Shown piece after piece: positions 50,898 to 62,316 of a stretch of DNA of 64,000 bases (the first letter of the stretch is position 1; each line of letters starts with the position of its first letter). A program made the position numbers and the translations under genes. Below the pieces are notes generated by a model, which had not been told where the DNA came from, made no database searches, and saw only the letters and a list, made by a program, of their open reading frames with translations. The DNA comes from Calcarisporiella thermophila CBS 279.70 (Eukaryota > Fungi > Calcarisporiellomycota): the NCBI RefSeq assembly GCF_041956535.1, contig NW_027192202.1:583474-647473 (forward strand), in the 5' to 3' direction.

Positions 50898-51257
50898 GTT
50901 TAGCAGAATAAATGACACAATACAGGTGAGGGAAAAATAAAACGGAAGTTGAAACGCGATTAGACTCAATTCTTACCGTGGAAAAAAATTCGTAACCATG
51001 CCACGTTTGTGCAATGTGTTGCAGTAATTTCAGAACAGACAATTTCTATTAGGAAATACAGTGTCGGGCAACAGAGCTAAGTTGCTCCCGATGGTTCGTA
51101 CTGCAAAGCAATTTTTTTTTCGGAAAAATATAGGCGGTTTATTACGCGGAATGGAAATACAGCTTTAAGCTGATTAGAAGATAGTATAACTTTATGATTA
51201 GGACAGAGATATTGCTTAAAGAAGTGGTATATTATGTAAAGATAATAAGGAAGAAAA

Positions 51258-53736
51258 TCATAGTTTAGCTTTCGCCTTCAACTTCAGTTCTCTCTCAAAG
51301 ATTCGTAGCATATCGTCAGCAGCTTCTTTAATTGCTTGGTGCATTTTTTCTGCTTGCATTGTTTTGAGACATGCTATATTGAAGTGCATAAACTTATTGT
51401 TAAGTGAATAAGCGACCGCGTATCCGTCTGGGACCGTTTCACCCCAGCCGTACCCATCGAAATGTTCGCAAGAAAGTTGAGATGTTGAAAGTGAGTAGTG
51501 TGAACTTGAATAATAAGCTGGGTCAGCAAATAAGGATGGTAATGGCTCATTCGGCAGAAGTGATTTGCGAAGACCTTTTTATACAATTAATTTTGCTGAA
51601 ATTATAATAGAAAGAGCAATGTATTATTTACCCAATAAATGTCGATCGATGGAGCGTCCTTCGAAGCAGTCAATCATATATTTGGTATGGGTCTTACATG
51701 CTCTTCGACAGAGTTCAGCTCTCATTATATCCTATTTGAGGAATCAGTTAGCTCTTATTTATAACTATTGATAGACATGCGTCTTACTGTGGCCTTAGGA
51801 TCGCACATAGATTTTACAAATTTGACCGAGTCTACACTCAGTGTGCGGCATGATTCAGTTCGCCCTCCCTGAAACTTTCGGTGCGTGGCGCTTTCATAAG
51901 TTGGGGGGAATTCTCCATGAACCCGGTAATAGGCAAGCTGCATCACCATTTGTGCATATGCATCAGGACTAACACGAAAATTCTTAATGCGCTCTTTTCC
52001 ATATTTTTCATAAGTGAGAACTTTCACGTCATGTTTTGATGCGTGTATATCGAATCGCCACTGTGCCTCGAATATGATGTCTTGAAATTTCTCGTTGAGC
52101 TCAAACTGTAGTAGAGAGGGGAGCCTCAGATTTTTCCGGATAGTTCCCCAATTCATCTCATGTTTCATTGTCCTAAATAATAGGTCTTTAATAAATAAAA
52201 AAAAATAGAAAGGAATATAAAAAATTTAAGTATACGTACGCTTGACAAATGAATTTACACATCCGCAGAGTTATCATTCCATCCATCGACGAGTGCTAGC
52301 AGTAGGATTTCATATTAAAGTTAAATAATAAGGTAAAATGAGTTAAGCTAGCCTCACCTCGCCAATAAACCCGGCTTTTCCGTTTTCAAACACCACTAGT
52401 TGAAATGATTTATCATGGTAGCGATTTCCCCCATCTCCATACCAGAGAGCCCTGCTAATTTCGCAAGGAGTCACAGGTCTGGTGTCATCAAGACAGAGGG
52501 TGAAAATAGAACTCTCTATCATGTAGAGATTTGACTCATTTATTTGCGATATTCCCACCAAATGCCTGCGATTCTATTGATGAAAATACGAGTACACTCT
52601 GAATATTTAGGGGCACTAACTTTATCAATTTCCTGCCAAAAGCATACCTCTGTCCATACATCACGGTCGTCTGCAGTCAAAACACTGATAGCCATATCTC
52701 TCTCTTTGCCAGCATGCTCCATGATGTATTGAAATTGACTAATTCATTAAGAATGTTAATAGAATATTGAAGTATCAGAATTAACATTTATCTTACCTCT
52801 CAAGCTCTGCCGCCGACAGCTGCTTCCCATTTTGCATCACATCCACCGCATAGAATTTATTCTGACGAATGACAATAATGTGGTTATGTATTGAAGGATC
52901 ATATCTGCGTTCATAATCGCTTGGGACGTCAGGAACACGACATGAATTGAACAACCATTTGTAGGTTGACATGCATAGTGGTTCTCTCATGATATGTTCA
53001 GGCTCAAGTTTCTCTCTATGGCAGCAGTATTGTTATTATTGTATCCTATCGTACCAAAATATAATAGAACACTTACGTGACCACAAGTCGCCTAAATTCA
53101 AGAGCAGCGGTAACAATGCTAGCTGCACGCGCAGCAGGCGATGCCCGTTTAGGGTCATCGCGAAATACGTAGTAATAATTGGAATAAAATGGGAGGGGTT
53201 CTCGAAATCCAAAATACATGCTCTCATTGAGCCAATCTTCGAGCCAATTTGCGATATTTGGATCATTTGCTCGGGATAACAGTCTGTTCTGAAGAGTTTC
53301 TCCCCACCCTCCCGGCCGCATAAACTCTTCAACCGCTGCTTTAGTACGTGCAAACTCCGAACTTTTAAGCAGTGGTTCCACTGTCCTTAGATATTTTTCC
53401 ATAGTTTCATGCAGTGAGGGAACGGGGAGTCTTGGTAATGTTTGCTGGAATTTAAACATTGGTCCTGGCTCGTGCACCTTTTCTTCAGGAATATGTTCGG
53501 TATTAAATTCACTCCGGAACTCTTCGATCATCGACTTTGTTCGCGATAAACTGGACTCGCTCTTCAAAGGTCTGACCGTCTGAAGGTATTCTGTCACCTT
53601 GAGTGGAAGTGTTGATATGCCCATATTAAGTTTACTATGCTTTTGAGAGGCCATCATGGCCGGATCCCAGTATGAAATCTATCGAACAAAGTTAAAAAAG
53701 GTAGGCCTGAATGAAGGTTAAGGAATTACTTACCAT
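51258..53736 (-). CDS. CAT2: Carnitine O-acetyltransferase with PTS1 (-AKL)
   Basis: LPRLPVPSL, NWL.DW, NRYHDKS, GEHSSMDG (catalytic His), SPDAYAQM..QLAY, TYESA..RKF..GRTE, IDRHLLGL, LSTSQ; ends KAKAKL*. Start is either the ATG at 53736 (ATG-only exon) or 53657. Confidence 0.93.
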
Positions 53737-54964
53737 TATGCTTTATGCTAAGACTTCTTAATGCAGAATAACTCCCAATTCAAATGCAAATGATACAATG
53801 ATTAGTGAAAAGTATATAAAATGATAAAAAGGAGAGCGAGTGGGAAGCGCACAGAACAGATTTTTTAAGGATGCATGTAATCCGTTTCCTTTTCATCTTC
53901 GATTGAAGGAGGTATATATAATATGGTAATGAAACGCGTGTGACTCGCAGGCAACGGTTTTAAATTCCATGCGCATGTAGCTTGGCCGCTGCGAATTAAT
54001 TAAATTCACATCACAAATTAGACAATTCATACAAGAACAAGAAAAACATATTAAATCACGAAATGATGCCTCCTACACCAAGAAAATAGACGCCCTCGAG
54101 CTTCTTTTAAGAAATTTCTCCAAAATAAAACTCGAAACAACTTCATGTATAAAGGAGAATAACTCACATAGTTTTCATAGCATTTTGGAAGCACAATGGG
54201 CATCATTTCCTCTTTACTAAAACTAATACTATGAGGAAGCTTTATGTGGAGGACGTAATTTATTTATAAATTACCAATGCACCCCGCTTTATATAATCCC
54301 AATGATAGGATATACGGAATTCTTTACAAATATAAGAGCATCCAACCTCATTCAACGCCGTTCTTTACACCCAATATAAAAACGCGTACTGAAAATAGAA
54401 AAGAGTAGTCGGACAAGCAAAATGCTGCAAACACCAGTCTAGATATTTATGCGCTCTTTGGTCATCATTTTATATAGTCTAATGAAAGCTTTGAATGCTG
54501 TGATGGAATCGCGAGACAAGCTAAAAAAAAAGCTGGCACCATTATTGTGCGACCTCCACACATTTTCCCATCGAGTTGCCTCTGCCCATGCTTTCGTTTC
54601 ATCGTAGCATTAGAAAATTTATTATATTCGACTTGATTCTTTCTCTACAAATTTTCCTCTGGATGGTGATCGCAAAGAATATTGCTGTCCCAAACTACTA
54701 TACTACATATATACGATTTATGTCTTAATGGTCTTGCGGATTACCTGTATTATTAACTCCTATATTATCAGATCGAGTATTCGACAGATGCACCCCCAAT
54801 CTCGCGGAGAATATATTCATCTCCCTTATCCTTTTATTGTTAAAGCTTCTTTTAAAATATTGTTGAAATATCTTTCGCACAATTTGTGTGAAAATTACTC
54901 CTCTTTTGCATCTCCCCAAATGAAAAAAAAACTTAAGGAAATGCGTCGAATATGTACATGATTA

Positions 54965-55014
54965 ATGCAACACTATATACTGAATAAAAATTTGTTCAGT
55001 ATATAGTGTTGCAT
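54965..55014. repeat. Perfect 20-bp inverted repeat with 10-nt spacer
   Basis: ATGCAACACTATATACTGAA-taaaaatttg-TTCAGTATATAGTGTTGCAT. Confidence 0.96.
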
Positions 55015-55266
55015 ACTTGGATATTTGATGAATTGCTAACCAACTTACTCAAGTCTTTGGAAAACTAAGTGATCGATCAACCAGTATTTTATTTTTAAAT
55101 AAAATGATAAGAAATATAGCTCATATCCTATGTATCATTTATTTTCCAACACATTTTCGCAACTTGATGGAAATATGAAAGAAAGTCGAGCGAAGAAAAA
55201 TGAAAAAGATAAAGCTACAATAAAGTATATTCAATATATGATGATAAATATTGCTGGTAATATTAT

Positions 55267-57605
55267 TCATGATGCCATAACAACTCTTGCTAAAACCCCA
55301 ACAAGAGAAGCGTTTATGTCCAGTGCTGGCTCAGTCATTTTGTAACTTTCCCGATTATCTTCAAAATGGTCCTTCCCGTCCGGCCCTCCCACAAGTGCCC
55401 CAAAAAGAGTGAATTTGTTCGGTAATTTTTTGCTTATATAACTAGTTCCGAGATCGGGACTCTTTGCAGGAACACCTTGGCTACTCGGATGATGGACGTG
55501 GGTGGGAGAGCGAGAGTGATCTGCCCCTACTATATACACTCGGTTGGCTATAATTGGACAAATATCGAACACAAGGAGTTAAGAATAGAATTCAACTAGA
55601 TGAAAAGTGAAATGTCCTACCTGGATTGTCTCCTAAAATATAGTTGACTTGCCCCATGGCAAATGCTACGTGGCTGCATTCATCGTTGTCATTTGCAGCT
55701 GCTATTTCCTTGGAGACTAGTACATTGTCGGCATACCAGAAAGCCTGATAGGCAGTGTTCATAGCGATTCCATTCAATCCATCACCCTCCTTGCATAAAT
55801 CGGCGCAATACAAGCCTCCGGGTGTGAATCCCTTAGGATTGTAAAGTACATCCCTGAAATAATTTTTCATGTATTTACGATATTTGGATTGATTCGAATA
55901 AGCGGCAAGTAAGTTAGTGGCGCCGACACTTTTATCATCCCATGTTTGGGCGTGAAAGATAGCCTTTGAAATAAAAAAACAAGAGTTAGCGAAGCCCTTT
56001 AGTTCATCCCAAGCCAATCTGAATAATACCTCGCCACTATTCCAGTTGTTCTCGAGCTTGAAGTCTGTATAATATTTTTCGGCTTTTTCCAACCATTGCT
56101 TTTCTTTAGTCGCACGATAAATCCATATCGCTCCCCACACTAGCTCATCGCCGTAACCAGAATAGGATGGATACGCATTAGCTCCGCCTCCTCCTTTGAT
56201 CACTTGCAACTGAATAGCTTTGTTATAATTTCCGCGGTAGTGATCACCAAGCTCGTAGAGTTGAATGGCATGCTTTAGGAGCTTTTTGGAATAGTCCGGG
56301 TCCTCCTTACGAAACACCAAGGATGCAGCGGCAAGCGCTGCAGCAGCCTCCGCGACAACTTCAGTCCCTGTGTAACGTTTGCCATCGATCATATAGATCG
56401 GTCGTTTGATGGTTTTTGGTTCATTCTCGGGGCTGCCCCAATATCGATGATCCCAATCCGGATCGCCGACTTGGGCAACATAGATTCCAGGCTTAATATG
56501 ACTTTTTAAGATATAGTCGGTCCCTATCGGTTGAAATTATAAATATTAGTGAGTATAACAACTGAAAAATGGAACAACCCCAAATTGTATTGTGATTAAA
56601 ATGCTGAAGAAAATTACAAATTTACATACCCCATTTTATGGCTTCACGAATGTATTTCATTTCTCCTGATCTTTGAAATCCTTGAGGATAGTCCACTGCA
56701 GCCCAGCTGAGCATGGTCATGGCAAATGAGGATGGGAAACCAAACTTGACGTAATCGCCTGCATCGTAATAACCTCCGGTCAGATTTAGATTTGCTTCAG
56801 CACCATCATCAAGATGAGAGGGGTGCCGCCATCTAATTCGTTGATTAGCGGGGAGAGGGCCGGAGCGCTGCGCTTCGTAGAAGAGAATGGCGTTGTGGAG
56901 ATTTTTACTATATACATTGATCCCTTGTAGCGTTTTGCCTTGGTGCTCCTTAACCTTCGAGTTGTGTTTGTTGCTCTTCTTTCTTCTCTTCTTTGTTGGG
57001 TGCACCTTTCTCTTTTCCTTTTTATTCTTAGACTTCTTTTTCTTCTTATCGTCGTTTTCCTCCTCTTTCTCCTCCTGTTTTTCGACCGTCTCGCTCTTTG
57101 GTGGGCGGTAGACACCTTTAAAGTGGCCGGCAGGACATGCTAACCGTGGCCTGGAATCATAGGTAGTCAAAGGCTGGAAATCCTCTTCAGAAGGGCCAAT
57201 TTGCTTTCCTTCGCTAGTGAGCTCACAAATCAACTTCACCAGGGCAATCCTAAGCGTATCCAGAGGTGAGAGGGTCATATTTTTACTTGCGCTACTGCCC
57301 CTCGTATTCAGAGGTAGATAGCCTTCCTTCTTGATCCTTCTGATAAACCCGTCAATATCAGTGGATCGACCTGACTCGTCGTTAAATGTGCAAGGAAAAG
57401 AGGATATGTTGAGAGGTCGTGCAATCGCGTGTGAGGATATTGTTGGCTTCCATTTTCGTGGTCGCTCTAGGGTGACTGCGGGATGGGTGTGGTTGTGTGA
57501 AGGTGCCGTGGTGGTGTGGTTGTGTGTTGGAGCCGCGGCGGTGTGGTTGTAGAATATTGCTGATACTATAAACACAAACAGTATCGCGTTAAGAAGATCC
57601 AACAT
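55267..57605 (-). CDS. Secreted glycoside hydrolase family 9 (endo-beta-1,4-glucanase-like) with long N-terminal extension
   Basis: Signal peptide; ILFYEAQRSG.LP, LTGGYYDAGDYVKFGFP, IKWGTDYI, QVGDP..DH.YWG.PE, DELVWGA.W, WDDK, QVNYILG.NP, D.FED.R.....TEPALD.NA. Four exons. Confidence 0.93.
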
Positions 57606-58892
57606 ACTGGATGATATGTGTGAATATTTGGCAAAATCTATAATAGTATAGCAAATATAAAGGTCTAAAGTGGGGGATCTGCCTTGATCGATCAATTGCT
57701 CTTAAAAAGCCATCTCCTCACACTAAAGGGTGATATAAAGAATAGAAAACTGCATGCAGATAAAAGGGCAAAGGCCAGAGAGCCTATATATGTTTTCATT
57801 TTGACGTTATTTGATTTTTTTTGTAATTTCTATTCCGGCCACACTACATTAAAATATTAATCCAATAAACAGGGGCAAAAACTACAGTCTAATTTTAAAT
57901 GGTATCGATCGTGGCTCAAGGGTAAATATCGAGCGAACGAATCTCGCTCTGAGACCATTTTAAATCCATGTAGAAATACCCTAAGCCAAAAAAAAATTGT
58001 GTCGAGAACTTTTCTGAATGCTGTCTAGAACAGTCCAAAAAAAGATATTCAAAGAGGTACTCCTTAGAGAGATATCCAATAACCCCAATTAAATAACAAC
58101 GAGCTAGGCGTATATAAAGGATTAAACGTGCAATGATGCAGCGGCGCTGAGGGTTAAAGCAAGAGAAGAGAGGATGAAATTGAGATAAATAGGGAAGTGT
58201 CCTTATCCTACTCCTCCCTAAAATAGACGTGGCTCACCCTACATCGATTTATTTTTAGGTCGCTATGCTGGCACTTCTATCCTATACCGACACAAGGGTG
58301 GCCGTGTCGGCTCATAGGAATAAACTCTATAGTGTGGCTAAGACGGAGGGGGCGCATTAAAAGACACGAGTTCAAGTTGTGCTCTGTAAAATAAATACGC
58401 GACCCACGCTATTGGTGCAACTTTAACTTTTCAAGTAAATGAATTCGTTCTCCTTTAACTTATTAATAGCAGTCTCACCCTCCTGTGCAAACTATGTTTT
58501 CCGAGGTGTGCGTTATCGCACCTCAGAGGATTCACCATATAGGTTAATAGAAGAGAGGTCATGACTCACTGTAGCCATCTTTAAGCAAGCAAGCAAATAA
58601 ACATGGATTGATAAAAATTTATACAGAGTTTCCAAATCTTGGCAAGAAGAAAACAAAATAATACATGTAGTAAAAAAGGTATCGACAGCAAGCTAGTTGA
58701 AATGAAAGAGAAGTAGTATAGGAGCAGAGGAAGGAAAAGAAGCAGAGGCAAGAGTGGGAATATATGAGCGTGCTCAAAGGTATTTAATATAGTGTTGACA
58801 AACTCGCGATAAATATAATATCAGCGCTGCACCCTTTTATAAAATGGAAGACCTCAATACGGCAGCTTCGATACTGGAATCAAAAATACAGT

Positions 58893-59117
58893 CTAAAAGT
58901 ATGGGATATCTGCAGCAGCACTTTTAGGGGCAGCATCGCAGCGGTTGGAATGATTCAGGAGAATGCTTGAAATGAGGTGTGCGATGTCCTACCAATAGCA
59001 CTGTTCATTAGGCCAGTGTCTAGCCCAACATTTAGTGCATACGGGAGGCTCCGATTCGCTGCGCCTGGCCACATAGGTTTCGAACTTGGAAAGTAGGGCT
59101 TTAGCACAGTAATGCAT
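58893..59117 (-). CDS. Putative 50-aa Cys/His microprotein (two exons)
   Basis: Exons 59117-58993 and 58920-58893, GT-AG intron 58921-58992, giving MHYCAKALLSKFETYVARRSESEPPVCTKCWARHWPNEQCYCAAADIPYF*. Upstream TATAAAT (about 59310) and a CT-rich leader. Confidence 0.5.
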
Positions 59118-61295
59118 TATGAGTTGGGTGAGGTAGCAATGGTACAAGGAGGAGACTCTGCAGTTAAAGAAGAATGGAAGACAGAGGATTAAGAGGATAG
59201 TTTCAAAATTAAATGGGCAGCAGATGAGAGAAATGGTCCCAACGGTAGCCGAGACCAGGGCAGGAACAAAAAAGAAGAGGCAAGGAATCAAGTGGACGCC
59301 AAGTGGGGATTTATAATTCAGTATGCTGGCTGTCACATCGTACGCGTGAGGGTAATACAGGAATACGTTTGCCTGCATAACTCTTATGGCCAATTAACAA
59401 AGCCTGACTAGGGGAGAGAGCATAAGGAAAGTATCGGAGGTGACTTTTGCCAGTGTTTGTTAGTTTGCCTGTGTTCTACTTGGCCACTCGAGATTCATCC
59501 AAATACTCGCACAAAACACACTAGCTCCGTAAAAGTAAAAAAAGTAAAAATTCGTACTAAGCAAATTATTGTAAAGTTCTTTTCTTCTTTTGTTTTCTTT
59601 CCAACGACTTTTCTGTTCTGTTTTTCTTTTTTAGCAAAGGTTTCCCGGTTTGGGCAGGCTTCAGCCCCCTCTTTTGCCTCTGGCCCTTTTCTGCAGGAAT
59701 GGTCCATCGATGTGTAAGCGCACGGGTTTGCCTAGGTGTTTTCTTCAGCCGCCGATACTAACCTCTTCAATTGTGGATAGAAATCGGGTGCCGAGCGGAG
59801 CGATGCCAAGATCCTTTCCCCCATTTGCCCTAAGCTAACGGATCGAGCAAACAGAGTTCTCTGTGGATTACCTACATCCCGGCTTCTTTCATTTATGCGC
59901 TTACTTAAGAAAAGTAGCGATCTAACGAGCCCTCTACTTAGTTGCCCACAGGTTGATCTTGAGTCGATTTCCTTAATGTAGCCACAAACGGGTTTCTTCT
60001 GGAAGAGCTCACTCTTCTCCTCAAGAGAAGCAGTGCTTGCAGGGATTTTAATTTAAAAAACAACTAACCCTCCCAAACCCAGCTTAACGACTCTGCCGAC
60101 TTTTCAATGACGTTAGAATAGCATGACGCGAGTCATATGATAATACCCGCTTACTTTTCATAATCCTCAAGAAATGTTGGTTAGTAATCATGATTAAATG
60201 GACATTAGTCCTCATGGGATCTTTCATGATGAAATAATTCAATGTAAAGATGCTGATCATGGAAATTAGAACGTTCTACCCCACCCAGCACCCAATTTAT
60301 TGATTCGTTCATATCATTATTGTCTATTGGCATTATCTAAAACACCGATATTCCGACTAATGAGTTGCTTTAAACAAACATGTTGCTAGTACCAAGCTGA
60401 CTACAAAGTTTGTAACCATGAAAAGAGACCGTGTTCTTCTATGGTTAATGTGAAGTCTAGGAATAATTTTGACCTCCCTTGGTCGCTTGGGGTCTTGGCC
60501 CACAAAATGAAAAAAAATTGAGCTGACCACGCGAGAGCAATTTTTTCTACCTTAGAACAAATAAGTACTGATTAAGTCACCCAAAAGTTTATTTCGATGC
60601 ACGAGATCATTGAACTAAGTGTGTTGGCAAATTGAGTAAAGTGCTAGACTTAGTTAGACTCAAGGGAATAGGGAGTCGCCAAGTATATATCATTCCAATT
60701 TGATGCCAACATGTCCTTCTCGCTGTGCAGATATGAAATAAACGAAAATTCCCATCGACCACGAATTGATGCTAGCTAATGTATCTTAGCGAAGAACTCG
60801 TTCCAAGTTTCACGTCAATCTCCTCGAGTTCTCCACGATGGCTCCTCATTTAAATATGGGTAGTGAAGTGAGAGTTAGAGCACACTACAAGATGTACACA
60901 TCTTTAATTCTCTCAATACTATAATATGTCCCATTAGTCATGTCAGTAAAGTTCTCTCATGGCATTGGAGACATTTACGCAATATTAGTCTTTAAAGCCT
61001 TGTGCGTCGTCATCATACTTAAGCGATTGCTTGTTGACACACTTATCTTTTCATATGATAGTTCTTAGGAAGTCAATCCATGTGTCGTCATTCTTGTCAC
61101 TATTATTAATACCTGCGATAAGTTGGGATTCGACCGTAACACACATTACCGAGTTGAAAAAACTATGGGCATTTTACAGGAAATAATAGTAATATGAGTG
61201 AATATTGAATAAAGAATATTGCGTTTTGAAATGAGATAATAAAACTCGAGGATATAAAAATAATAGAAGTGATTCTTGCCATAAAAGAAACTAGA

Positions 61296-62316
61296 TCAAA
61301 GGGTGCAAGAATTAGAACTACAGGAGGCTGATTTCTGACCTCCTTCCTTTGTTTTTTCTTGTTGATATTCTTCCTTTTCTGCAGCCTCTTCCAGGCGGAT
61401 TGCCTTTGAAAGAGTCTCCTGGGTCTCAATGGTCAATTTCTTATCCTCGCTCTCAAGGATGGCTTCACTGGTAAGTAGGAGGTGCGATAGGGGAAAGAGG
61501 TCGCCCCAGATTCGCTCACGGTATTCGAAGGCCACTCCAGCATTGCCCCGCTTGACAAGGTATATTCCTCCATAGATAAACCCGTCGCCAACAAAATTAC
61601 CGGTGACACCCTACCATTATCAAGGAGACAATTGCAAGTTAGTGATCCAGTGAAAAGTAGAAGGCATCCTTAGAATGGGAATTTACCGATTTTCTGTTTC
61701 TGAAGACATGCTTCCACATCTCCGGCTTCAGCCAGTTTGCTTTGGATGCCACACGGAGAGATCCTCCACTATATATATATATATATACATCTTGATTAGT
61801 TTCATAAGATCTAAACAGTGCTTAAGTCCATAAATAAGTACCCTAGTGCCTTGTAGAAGCCTTTATTCTCATCCCAGTAAATTTCACCTTTCCAGTAATT
61901 GTTATTGAATTCCTCGGCACCCAATCGCTCATGGACCACAGCGAATAAACGGAAGCCCTTTGAGAATAAAAGAAATGTAATGGATCAAAGACTGTAAGTG
62001 TAAAACAAGACTGTAGTCTAGAACTTACGAGTCCATTTACAAGTAGATCGCGGTGTTTTGCAATGAGCACTGCTTGCTCTCTGCAAAATTGACATCCAGG
62101 CCTTCGGACTAAAATAATGTTTGGATTTTAATTAAATAGGATCAATTATGGGATGCATAATTAAGCGCATTTACCAACGAACACAACTGCGGGTGTGTCT
62201 TTCCACAAGTCGCTTGCTTTTATCACCTCATTCTCAGACTCTTGGATGCCCTTAAGAGTGATGTTTTCCAGTTGAGCATAATCAGTGGATGGTTTGGGGA
62301 TATTGCTCTTAGACAT
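61296..62316 (-). CDS. Peroxiredoxin-like 2A / FAM213A / SelU-family thioredoxin-fold protein (Cys form)
   Basis: ASDLWK..PAVVFVVRRPGCQFCRE, AVVHE, W.GEIYWD..K.FY.ALG, GNF.GDG...GG, FEYRE..GD. Five exons; may extend 5' to about 62606. Confidence 0.88.
61770..61787. repeat. (TA)9 microsatellite at an intron 3' end
   Basis: The TA run directly abuts the AG acceptor (61769-61770) of a PRXL2A-like intron. Confidence 0.9.

Noticed and set aside
53707-53874. Possible U12-type intron in the CAT2 leader (TTCCTTAAC about 10 nt before a CAG; GCATCCTT upstream)
   Set aside because: The 5' site is GC rather than RTATCCTT, and a perfect U2 donor (GTAAGT) explains the region. No RTATCCTT donor was seen at any intron I resolved.
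668-61298. Stop-codon readthrough (TGA-CTA) producing cryptic PTS1 extensions
   Set aside because: None of the stop contexts I checked (GUT2, CYP51, TAF9, DUG1, CHMP7, redoxin) has the motif.
62083-62094. Possible selenoprotein (the SelU family uses Sec in some early-diverging fungi)
   Set aside because: Both active-site codons are Cys (TGT, TGC). I found no in-frame TGA in any spliced gene model and recognised no SECIS.
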